A stretch of DNA of 64,000 nt from Octopus bimaculoides (lineage: Eukaryota). The position numbers were made by a program, and so were the translations under genes. Location of the stretch: positions 39,609,760 through 39,673,759 of the forward strand of contig NC_068997.1 of NCBI RefSeq assembly GCF_001194135.2, in the 5' to 3' direction. Below, in pieces: positions 1-11,002 of the stretch. Below the pieces are notes generated by a model. That model had not been told where the DNA came from, made no database searches, and was given only the letters and a program-made list of their open reading frames with translations. Position 1 is the first letter of the stretch, and the number at the start of each line of letters is the position of its first letter.

Positions 1-124
1 CCGCAACATGCTGGTAACTTTCGTATAACACTTTTGAAATGCCAGCAAACTTTCAGTGCCAGTTAATCACTAAAGGAATTCTGTCAGATAATGCAATCTG
101 TTTGCTAATAGTAATCCTTGGTAT

Positions 125-316
125 TATATGCACAAGGGCTGGAATTTTGGAGGAGTGGACATCAACCCCCTTACTCGGCTGGTACTTATTTTACCGACCC
201 CGAAGGGATGAAAGGCAAAGTTGACCTCGATGGAATTTGAACTGAGAACGTAAAGACGGACGAAATGTTGCTAAGCATTTTGCTCGGCATGCTAGCGAAT
301 CTGTCAGCGCGTCGCC
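125..316 (-). mobile_element. tRNA-derived SINE, family A
   Basis: Reverse complement starts GGCGACGCGCTGACAGATTCGCTAGC (A-box-like), then GTTCAAATTCC-like B box and the core TTTGCCTTTCATCCCTTCGGGGTCG shared with about 9 other copies in the window. Confidence 0.85.
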
Positions 317-331
317 TTAATAATAATAATG

Positions 332-405
<74 letters not shown>

Positions 406-413
406 AATAATAA
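317..413. repeat. (TAA)n/(TGA)n compound microsatellite
   Basis: Directly visible. Confidence 0.95.
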
Positions 414-975
414 TCTGCCATAATGCAGTACCAGACACTGGCTCTCATGGCTTCTGATCTTAACTGATTGGGAGTGTTGTCATGTTCATGTTTTGTCTTT
501 GAATAAAAGATGGGCTACAGCAAATATTCTGCTCAATACCACAGATTTGCACGTCAATTGTTTGACCTTAACCATTTGAGCATGCCCCTTGCTGGCTGAC
601 TACATGTGCATCTTTGATGATGAGCAGAAGTAGTTGGGGAGCATAATAGCCATGTGTTGAGAGGAATTCTTTGAAGTTTGAATAATTCATTTCTGGAAAC
701 GTGGGTGTTTCGTTCAACATCCTTAAACAACCCTTTGTCAGGGGCCTCTTCAGCGGGATGGGCTCTCAGCCAGAAGAAAACTCTAACTGGACCTCACCTG
801 CAAGGTCATACGCTGTTTATCTTGATATGAGATTACTATGTTGCGCACATATGGTTGTGATGCATGCGCTTGGTGTACCCTTATCAGATGGGTAGCCCTG
901 ATGGTTATACTGGGCTTCGTATATTTTACCCCTTCGTCACTTTGATGGCATGCCCTATTCTCTCACTCAAAAATA
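414..975 (+). mobile_element. Interspersed non-coding repeat (family B'; SINE- or LINE-3'UTR-like)
   Basis: Its last ~130 bp (CCCTTATCAGA...TATACTGGGCTTCGTATATTTTACCC...GTCACTTTGATGGCATGC...CTCACTCAA) recur inverted at 42117-42252. Confidence 0.7.
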
Positions 976-994
976 GTTGTAGCATCTCTAGACG

Positions 995-1590
995 GTTACA
1001 ATACCAGTGATTGTAGGAGCACTTGGAATGATCAAAAAGGGAACTGAAAATTACTCAAGGATGATCCCTGGATTACCATCCATGCAGGAAGTGCAAAAGA
1101 TTGTCTTTACTGGTACGTTACACGTATTGAGAAGAGCATTGTCGCAGTAAATTTTCTTTGCTCCCCTCTAGTTTCTTTGTTTACTTTTATATTTTATATT
1201 TTTTCTTTTTCTCTCTGTCTTTCTTCCCCTTTTTTCTATCACATGACTTTATTATAAATGAACAATCTGGTGTGATTATTTTAATGACCTACAAATGTAT
1301 ACAGTGCGTGTCTCTGCTCTAGGTGGCAGGAAGGCACTTGGCAAGAAAAGGAAACAACTGAAAGCAGATGATAATGAAAGTGATAATAATAATAATTAAC
1401 GGAACCCATAACAAGACCAAGCAAAATAACGGCGAGCAGATAATCATAAATACTATAAAATCGTTGATTTAGGAGTTACACATATACATTACTATGCAAC
1501 ACTCCTCCAAAATTAAACCTGAATAAACTCATATTGTAAATACCCAACAAAATGAACAATACCCACAACGTGTACCATAGAGAGCCGATA
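995..1590 (+). mobile_element. R4/Dong-type non-LTR retrotransposon, C-terminus plus 3' UTR
   Basis: 995-1150 translates VTIPVIVGALGMIKKGTENYSRMIPGLPSMQEVQKIVFTGTLHVLRRALSQ*, the typical end of RLE-type LINE ORFs. 1205-1590 is paralogous to 52550-52965. Confidence 0.8.
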
Positions 1591-1637
1591 CCCGACAGAA
1601 CACAACTTGCGTTACACAAACAACACACAAGATAAAA

Positions 1638-1868
1638 ACTAATACAACCGAAGACTCAAAGAAAACTCCATAACAAAACGTCTTGATGCAATTACAATGT
1701 CCCCCCGCACGCCAAAAGAATGCAGCAGACACCACTTCACCGACACAAAGGTGAAACAAATGATGCAATAGGAAGTTGGCTGAAACTTTCAGATGTCGTG
1801 AAATAATAGTGGCAATGAAGATGGCTGACGAACGTTAGCTTAGCTCAGGTTATAAGACAGGAATTTCT
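1638..1868. repeat. 231-bp perfect direct repeat, copy 1
   Basis: Identical by eye to 3721-3951 (ACTAATACAACCGAAGAC...GACAGGAATTTCT). Confidence 0.95.
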
Positions 1869-1964
1869 GAAAGTCTCCGGTTGTTACAGCGAAAATGAAG
1901 GCCTCTCGCGCAGCAGTGGATCAGTAAAGATGCAGAACGACCGCAGCTGCGATGGCAGATAATA

Positions 1965-3352
1965 GAGCAAGGAGGAGGAAGTGGACCAGCGGAAAAAAAC
2001 AGGATAGTAATACAGTGGTACTTGGAAAGTGAACCTAAAAGAAATGGCTATAGAAAAAGGATGTTAACACTTTGGGTAGAGAAGGGTTTGTTTAAAGTGA
2101 CTGAGCAGAGATTAGTTCATCAAGCTAATGCTGTTAGAAGAAGAAAGTGGATGACAAAATTGGAGGTAGAAAGGATCACAAGAGAACTGGAAAAGAAAGA
2201 CAAATAACAGTATAAGACATACATCGCAAACCAAAGAACCTAAAGAAACAAATAAGAATAGTGCCACCAATAAGGAAGAGACAACTGGCACCAATGACTT
2301 AAGTGATTTAAGTGAGGAAAATCAGAATAATTTAGATGAAATGCAGGAAGTAATGAGTAAGAGAAAGATTGCCAGCATTAAAAGTCATCAAGAGAAGGAA
2401 GCTACAAGAAATGGTAGATTCTGTTATCAGGAGGATAGATACTAAAAATATAGCAGACATTAGCTTCTTGATCTATGCAGGAAGGGCAGTAGTCATCAGA
2501 GGATTAGATATCTCACGGGGAAAGATTAAAAAGGAGCACATGTGGAAAAGGAGACTACAAAATACAATGAAGACTGTAAGACAAGATCTAAGTAGAATGG
2601 AATCCTGGAAACTGAACAATATAGGAAACACAAGATGCAAATCTTCCCTTGAGAAAATATATTTAGTCAAAGAAAGGATTTGGTACAGTAATAGAAGAAT
2701 TGAAACAACATATAACAATAACAGGGAAGCTCTCCAGACATCAGAAAAGAATGGATTAGTATCAACAGAATAGATTATTTGAGACAGACCAGAGGAGATT
2801 TTATAACCAAATGAATCGTGGAGAACGAAGTACTGAAGATGAGAAATGATCACATTCATCCCACACTCATGCAGAGGAAGCTAGAAAGATCTGGAGTAAT
2901 ATTTGGGATATATCAGTCAATCATAATGAAGATGCAGTATGGTTAAAGAAAATGAGGGAAGAAGTAGTGAATGAGAAGCAGCCAGGTCTAAGATTAACTA
3001 GTGGATTAATGAGTAAAGTGTTAGAAAAATGCCGAATTTGGAAGGGCCCAGGACCAGGTTTAGTTCAAGGGTAATGGTTAAAAAAATTTAGTAGTTTGCA
3101 TGGGAGGCTGAGGGAACAACTTCAAGATTGCTTTAATGGAGGAATAATACCAGATTGGATGACTAGAGGGAGGGCAATACTCATTATGAAGGATAAGAGC
3201 AAGGGTAAATACAGTTAGGAACTATAGACTAATCACTTGCTTACCTAAGTGTGGAAGCTGTTAACAGGAATGCTTTCAGAAAGCATTTACGAGCACCTTA
3301 ACAATCAGAATTTACTGCCAGAAGAACAGAAAGGTTGCAGGGAGAAGAGGCT
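1965..3352 (+). mobile_element. Decayed R4/Dong LINE, 5' half (N-terminal domain and start of RT)
   Basis: Frameshifted motifs RRKWT...GYRKRM..W...TEQRL.HQ, WKRRL...RQDLS, NWKGPGP.LVQG.WLK, IPDWMTRGR, NYR.ITCL, EEQKGCR. Confidence 0.88.
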
Positions 3353-3374
3353 GATTGCTACCTAGCTCAGATAC

Positions 3375-3670
3375 CAGGAAACCCCAAAATGGCAGAAATT
3401 TAAAAGATAGTACTCATGGGAACTGCCCATATCCTACGTAAAATACTGTCTATGCGATCTCAAATTTTCAAACAGACTCATAATTTTCTTGTTTTCTTAA
3501 ACATTCTCTTGGCCAAAACCAAATATATGACACCCTAGGCATAACACCATCATGAACTTCTAACTTGTTGTCTCTTGTGGTTTCTGGGTGAGACTTGGAA
3601 CCAACTTGTACAAATACAAAGCAAAAGTTAAATATATAATAATAATAGTAATAATAATAATAATAATAAT
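3375..3670 (+). mobile_element. R4/Dong LINE 3' end with (TAA)n tail
   Basis: IPGNPKMAEI*KIVLMGTAHILRKILS, then a short UTR and a TAA array. Confidence 0.75.
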
Positions 3671-3720
3671 AATTTCATTTATGTGCCACAAGAGCGAACG
3701 ATGAGGGGGACAATACAAAG

Positions 3721-3951
3721 ACTAATACAACCGAAGACTCAAAGAAAACTCCATAACAAAACGTCTTGATGCAATTACAATGTCCCCCCGCACGCCAAAA
3801 GAATGCAGCAGACACCACTTCACCGACACAAAGGTGAAACAAATGATGCAATAGGAAGTTGGCTGAAACTTTCAGATGTCGTGAAATAATAGTGGCAATG
3901 AAGATGGCTGACGAACGTTAGCTTAGCTCAGGTTATAAGACAGGAATTTCT
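3721..3951. repeat. 231-bp perfect direct repeat, copy 2
   Basis: Identical to 1638-1868. On the minus strand it continues into a retroposon-like tail (TTGTCCCCCTCATCGTTCGCTCTTGTGGCACATAAATGAA + (ATT)n). Confidence 0.95.
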
Positions 3952-4090
3952 AACATAATGAAATGATAAAACAGACAATATTAAAAAAATAAAAAAAGGA
4001 ATGAAAGAAAGAAATTAAGTTTACAATAACAACAACAACAGCAACAACAACAACAACAATAATAATAATAATAACAATAATAATAATAAT

Positions 4091-4302
4091 CCTTTCTACT
4101 CTATGCCCAATGTAGGAAATTTTGTGTGGAGGAGGATAGTCGGTTACATCGACTCCTGTGCGTAAATTGGTATTTATTTCATCGACCGCGAAAAGATGAA
4201 AAGCAGTCGACCTCTGCAGAATTTGAACTCAGAACGTAAGGATGGACGTAATGCCCCTAAGCATTTTTCCCGGCGTGCTAATGATTTTGCCTACTTGTCA
4301 CC
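4091..4302 (-). mobile_element. tRNA-derived SINE, family A
   Basis: Same head, B box and core as 30372-30605; flanked by AAC/AAT arrays. Confidence 0.85.
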
Positions 4303-4308
4303 TTAATG

Positions 4309-4377
<69 letters not shown>

Positions 4378-4605
4378 GTCTTTGTTTTTGAATTTTGAAG
4401 CTAAATAGTATAAATAAAATTTAATCGTTACACACAAACAGAAAACTTTGTAGTGATTAAGAGTTCAACCCAATAACTGAGGCATAATGAATAATTTGCA
4501 TTGGACATTCTTTTTCACTGTTAATATATTTTGTCAAGCAATCATTTACTTTAGATATGATAGAGTGATGTGCTCGCCCCTGTTGGTGTGGCAGAAGCCC
4601 CTAAT

Positions 4606-4960
4606 GACACTGTTTTCTGGAGTTGTACTAAACTGGGTTTTATGCCTATTTCCTCTATCCATCTGTTCAGATCTTTAGGGACAGGTCCCAACGCACCTAT
4701 AACTACTGGGATACATTTTACCCACACTTTCCATAGTCCCTGTAATTCAATAGCTACGTCCTGGTACTTTGCTATTTTCCCTATATTTCTCATATTAATT
4801 TTTCCATCATTTGGGACTGTAAAGTAAATCATCGGGCACTTTCTATTCTCTTTACCTACAACTACCAAATCAGGCCTCCTAGCTTCTATTACGTTTTTGC
4901 CTTTTTTAAAGTAAAAAGGGATGAAGTATCGATAATATTTGTTTTGGTTCTCCATTTTTA
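4606..4960 (-). mobile_element. R4/Dong LINE restriction-like endonuclease fragment
   Basis: ORF 4551-4976 contains VIEARRPDLVVV...VPND...K.AKYQD...PVVIGALG, the PD-(D/E)xK RLE domain. It closely matches 53790-54110. Confidence 0.9.
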
Positions 4961-6830
4961 GAGTGATTACAGGCACATAAAATACGTCTTGTCTACTCGC
5001 AAATTCTTGTCGAACTATGCTGAAGTGTCAAATACCCTAACAAGTGCTCCTAAGGAAGGGATAGACTGAAGTTAGCTACTCATCAGTTTGCTTGAAGTTT
5101 AGTGTCGAGATAAACCAAACGGAATTTTTGGCCAACCCAATGCAAAAATCACTGTCAGACAAGTTGATTTTAACGTTAACCCATGGCTTGTCAACAACTT
5201 TTTGGCGAAGATCATGCAGAAGATGAGCAGGAAGTAAATGAACCAGTTGAGTCCATAAGCGAATGCAGGACATGTGGGCTCTGCGGACAACAAGGCTATC
5301 TCAGTGCAGTTCCTTACTGAGGAAGCCGAAAGTCGGTTAAACTAGCTTGTGCAGCTTTTGTGATGGCACCTTTTAGTGGTAGTGGTGGTTGACTTTTCTC
5401 CAACAGGAGAAAGAACGAAAAAGAATAAAAAAGACGGCTGAAGACAACAGCTGAAGAGGCAGCAACAACAACAGCTGATTGTAGTGTAAAAATCCCATAG
5501 AGTTCCCTATCCCTGGTTGCATCACTAAGTATAGCTAAAGAAGTTGCTTCTTAATTGTCTCCATTTTCGAGAGCCGATGGAGAACGAGAAGCCGAAATAT
5601 CGGTTCATCCAGCTGAGAATGCAACTAAAATTTTAAGCGATGTTTTGCAATTTGCATTAGTGTACAATGCTGGTTGTCGGCGTAGATGGGCAAAGTGGTA
5701 TGCCACCCGTCTGAGTACGATGAAGGATCCGTGCACGATGAAGGATCCGTACACGATGATGCATGTTTAGACAAATGCATCATTAAAAATGAGCTAGAAT
5801 TAAATAACTTCTTACAGCAGCAGAACTGAGCGAGGGGTCTGCGACATAAGAGCCGTAGTTTCTGTTTCAATTGTAGATTTTGTTACTTTAGCAGGAATTA
5901 ATATAAAGTGAGAATGTTTCAACCAACCCCTGTATATTTGTATATGTGTATGTGTGTGTCTTTTTGTGTATTTGTGTGTTTATGTGTGTGTGTGTGTGTT
6001 TTTGTGTATTTGTGTGTTTATGTGTGTGCGTGTGTGTGTGTGTGTTTGTGAGAGCTTGTGCGTGTGTATTAATATATGTAATATATACAATATTAAAATT
6101 AATATCTTTTAAATATAATGAAAATATTTTTCGTATAAATCATTTTAGTTGAGAGTGCGATAGACATGAACAAAAAAAAAATCTTAGTTAGACCGATAAT
6201 AAAATGAAATATATTAAAAATTAGAAGCATTGTTATAGGTATTGCAATATAATATACTACATATTGGTAAATAATATATTAAATATTCATTCTAGATACA
6301 TATTGTATTTTTGACACAAAAGCGTTTGTAAACGAAGACCTAACTCTGTAAACTAAGACATTATAGTAAAAGAATGTGGTACCTGGCAACGAGGGTTCAG
6401 TTTTCCGTTCAACTGAATCTCCTGCTCCTAAATTGTCGTATAATTGTCCGAGTATTCCACCGGCAAGTGCACCTTTAAATTAAACCGCAGACAGAATCAG
6501 CTGTGTACGACAAAGCAGTACCTTTTGAATTGCAAGTACAAACCACTGCTAGGTTTCTATACAAATACTATACACCTACCCTTACGCACAAGGTATGGGT
6601 CAACCCGAGGCTTTAGTAAACTACATCTACCGAATCTGCCAAACAGTGTGATTGAAACCAAGATCTCGTGGCTGTGCAGCAAATTTATTAGCTATTCCGC
6701 CAAACGGAAGAATTTACTACTTATTTAAAGAAGACTGGAATCTTGTTGAAGAAACCGAAACCTCAAAAACTTTATAATCGTCTATTTCGATTGTAAAACG
6801 AATAGCAGTAATATTCCCATCTAGTATAGA

Positions 6831-7030
6831 TAGGTACAAGGTCTGAAATTTGGAGGAGAGGGCGAGGCGACTACATCAACCTCCATGCTCTAATGCTACT
6901 TATTTCAACAACCCTGAAAGGACGTAAGGCAAAGTCGACCGCAGCGGAATATGAATTCAGAAAGTAAGGACGGACGAAATGACGCTAAGCATTTTTCCCG
7001 GAATGCTAACAATTCTGCCAGTTCACCAAC
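6831..7030 (-). mobile_element. tRNA-derived SINE, family A (diverged)
   Basis: GGCAAAGTCGACC...GAATTCAGAA...GCTAAGCATTTTTCCCGG...GCTAACAATTCTGCCAG matches the other copies. Confidence 0.8.
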
Positions 7031-7147
7031 TTATGCTATAGTAATATTGGAAATAATATATTGTCAATATAATGTGAAAGTCTATGTGTAGAATGTATGA
7101 ATTTATATAGCTGTGCAAGTGCATTTGTGTATATATTTATGTACATA

Positions 7148-7490
7148 GGTGCAGGCGTTGCTGTGCAGTAAGAAGCTTGCTTCCGAAATACTTGTTTCCA
7201 GGCTCAGTTCCACTACGTGGAACTTAGGGCACGTGTCTTCTACTATAACCTCGGGCCGAGCAACGCCTTGTGAGTAGATTTGGTAGACGGAAACTGAAAG
7301 AAGCCTGTCGTGTATATTGTGTGTTTGTGTGTGTGTTTGTATTTGTCTGCGTTTCTCCCCACCACCACTTGGCAACCAGCGTTCTTGTGTTTATGTCCTC
7401 ATAACGTAGCATTTCGGCAAAAGGGTACGAGAGAAATAATACCAGGCTTAAAATAAAAGTAAGTACAGGGGTCGATTCATTCGACTAAAA
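7148..7490 (+). mobile_element. tRNA-derived SINE, family B (internal microsatellite); extra 3' fragment at 7631-7765
   Basis: GGTGCAGGCGTTGCTGTG..GTAAGAAGCTTGC head, TCTTCTACTATA.CCTCGGGCCGA, GGTAGACGGAAACTGAAAGAAGCC; aligns to 59381-59800 and 28121-28486. Confidence 0.85.
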
Positions 7491-9147
7491 ACTCTTCGGA
7501 AGCAAGTTAAATACCAAAGAAATATGCGTGAGCGTGCGTGCGAACAAACTGATACGCTGTGAAATTGATCCATTCTACAACGCATTTTTCCAAGTTCGAT
7601 CTATAGCCGCAGCACAATAACAAATACACGTGTGTGTGTCATTGTGTCTGTGTTTGCACCCCAACACCGCTTGACAACCGGTGTTGGTGTTTACATCCCC
7701 ATAGCTACCGATAAAGTAAGTGCCCGGCTTAAAAGAAATATGTATTGGGGTCGATTTCTTCAAATAAATTGTTCCACGACAGTTTAGACTTCAATCAGTG
7801 CTTTTGTTTAAAACAAGGATAACGGAATTCTTGTTTGAGTCAAAGCTCATCGTATGAGTTGTAGCTTTGTGTGGAAGGCTGTCTTATGACACTGAGTATT
7901 AGACTAATTTTACTTGTGCATTAACTGTGCAAGTCTCCATAGATTATGCAATAATTTGCTATATAACAGAATGAGTTGGAAGTTGATCGAACAACTGGTC
8001 CCTATCCTCTGAATGTGTAAAGATTTTGCTTTCTTATTTAGTCTAATATAGTTTATATAGATTAAACTTAAGTTCTTTCATACATTAGTTTCAACTATTT
8101 CTCAATGTTGAAGTTGGTGTACAATATGATTTCGCTTCATGTGGATTCATACAACAGCGTGTACAGTCTCTCTGCAGCATCTAGAGGCACTGTGATTGTT
8201 CTGACGTCAATCCTTGTACGACGTCAAACGATCAATTAATCATTTAATCTCTAGAAGCATATTGTTTATTATATACGAACTCCTGGTGTTAATCGTAATA
8301 CAATAAGCGAAATATACCACGTCAATTTTATTCCTATCCAGATCAGTACCTGCCGAATTAATATACATACACACTGTTATTTCCTTAGGCGCAACAACAT
8401 ATATTTCCGCATACGTGCAAAACACACTCACCCACCCACACACATCTACAAACTCAGACCCTCCAAGCACATATATATACCTAAAGAGTGAGAGAACGCG
8501 CATACAGACATACACACACACGCGTGCACAAACATACTCACATACTCACACACAGACACATATGTATATTACTTATATCTACAACACATTAAAAAGTTAA
8601 TAGAGTATTCATATCATTTATATACATAGCAAATTTTGAACACAAAAATATTTTGATTGCTTTGTAAATTTTTTCCTTTATAAATAAATACTTCTTAACA
8701 TAGAAGCCATCAATCACCAGCAAAAAAGCTGTACCATTACAGTTATCTTTATTTAATATTGAACAAATTTACATTGTATACATACATCAAATTTTTTTTT
8801 AAAATTATATATATGAACTAAAAACTGACTTATTTACTAGTCCATTATCATGGCTTATTGTCACAAGTAAAATTAGTAGAAATACATAAAATGTTACTTA
8901 TTTAACAGACAATTATTTTCATAAAATAGATTGAAGATTAAAATAGGTCTAAGGTTGATATTTATTTTTAAAAATTCAGTAGTTAGAGAAGAACAATTTA
9001 CTTTGTCCTACACTTTCAAAACAAAAAAACAAGAAATGGGCAACATTCTGTTTGTGTGTATCTGTGTGCGTGCCTAAAGCTGTGTGTGCATCTATGGAGT
9101 TGCTAGTAAATTTCTATGAATGTTTTTCTGTATATTATTTATCTTAC

Positions 9148-9222
9148 CCCTGGTGAAGAAATCTAAGTTATCCCCTTTTGTTTCATTCAGATGAATCGTT
9201 GAGTAATTAGCTGATATATTAT
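9148..9222 (-). CDS. Candidate 75-nt internal exon of an unidentified gene
   Basis: Acceptor ctcatttatgttatatttag, donor GGG/gtaaga. The open phase 1-1 frame reads (D)NISANYSTIHLNETKGDNLDFFTR(G). No homology recognised. Confidence 0.3.
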
Positions 9223-10543
9223 CTAAATATAACATAAATGAGATTTATGTCAACTCTTATACAATATCTATCTCAGTGATGCTGTTGTCACTAGTTCGGA
9301 ATGTACGCAGAAATCTTTGTGTCGCAGATGAGGTTCAATAACAATGAAATCGAGGGAGAGTTGTCTCTCGTACTAGCTGAATGTGTTAAAATAGCAACCA
9401 TTGAACTTATATTGGATTTTCTTGTCCGATAATTATGTCGGTGTTAATTCATCAGACATATTTTAAAATCATTTTAAATTATTAAAGATACGGTTAAAAT
9501 GTAGTGACATAATGAAATCCAATAATGCCGAAACGCGCTGCTTAGGACAGGATTCACAGCCCCTCGAATCCTTCATGTTATTAACTGTAATTAATTACAA
9601 AGTAAAAATTTACTCCTTTTGATTTTTTTAAAGAGATTGTGTTTGTTTGTATTATGAGGGATGTAATATTAATGAAAAAAATGTTGAGTATTACATACGA
9701 AATATGCTAGGTTTCATTTTCATTATTAGATGTTTGATGCTATCTCCATTAACCATATTAACACTAAATTATCGACATTCGGTTTTCATGCAGATGGTGT
9801 ATCTGAGTAATTAAATCCAGTGATTTATTCATTTCTGTTTACTGGTTTTTAGAAAGGCCTGATGATCTTTGCGCATGCACGAGTGTGTGTTTTATTGCCA
9901 CTTATAGACTGAGAATATTATTTCATTGTTTTATTTAGTATTATTAAAAACCTTCATCATGTTCATAATAAACTCTTTACATGTTTTTATTACAGTGATT
10001 TTGTTGGCAGTTTATTTTTTCAAACTAACAAATAAAAAAATTCAAATAACTTCTTGAATTACTGAATAATATAATGTCTTTTTTGTGAACTTTTTGTTCA
10101 GATCTCAGTAATTTTGCCAGTACATTTTACATAGAATATTTTCCTAGTTATATTACTCTTAAAGTATGGAATTAATCTTACATCAAACAGTTAATTATTT
10201 CTTTTATCATATAATTTATAAACGATTAAAAAATTTAAAATGATATTTTAGCTAAAAAAAGATGGCGGACACTTCATTATTCTCTTTTTCTAATTCGAAG
10301 TTTGTTGGATATTCCTTTATAGAATGTGTGGAATCTATCATTAAACATCATGACTAGAGCTTGTTTCTATCTGACAATATGCATAAATTAGTCTACGTTA
10401 TTAAATATGTATTTCTTTTAAAGGTAAGCCATTTGTTGTCAAAATAATGTAAGTATAAATGTGCTATATGTGGACTGAAATTGTATTCGATCGAGAACCA
10501 TATATTTAGTAAAAAATATTAAAGAATTATATGTATATACGTT

Positions 10544-10544
<1 letters not shown>

Positions 10545-10612
<68 letters not shown>

Positions 10613-10872
10613 CTATATATTTATGTATGTATACATACATATATATACATATATACATATACATACATACATACATACATACACACACGCATACACACAC
10701 ATGTATATAAAGAGAGATAGGGAGAGAGAAATGCATATGTTTGTGCGTATGTGTTCCTGCAAGCATGAATGTGCATAGATATGAATAAATTATATGCATA
10801 CAAAAATCATAAAGATGTATTTTGTATGTACACACACATACACATACACATATATCTATATGTGTGTATGTA

Positions 10873-10917
<45 letters not shown>

Positions 10918-11002
10918 ACAGACATACATACATACATACTTACGCATACGTATACTTACATATACATATGTAAGTATATATATATATATATATATATATA
11001 TA
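10545..11002. repeat. (CT)n, (TACA)n and (TA)n microsatellite cluster ending at an N-gap
   Basis: Directly visible. Confidence 0.95.

Noticed and set aside
1638-3951. LTR retrotransposon interpretation of the 231-bp repeats
   Set aside because: No TG...CA ends, PBS, PPT or target-site duplication, and the interior is non-LTR (Dong) sequence.
9181-9812. Plus-strand microexons (cag-ATGAATCGTTGA-gtaatt and cag-ATGGTGTATCTGA-gtaatt)
   Set aside because: Weak donors, and such motifs are expected by chance in AT-rich DNA. The first also overlaps a better minus-strand candidate.
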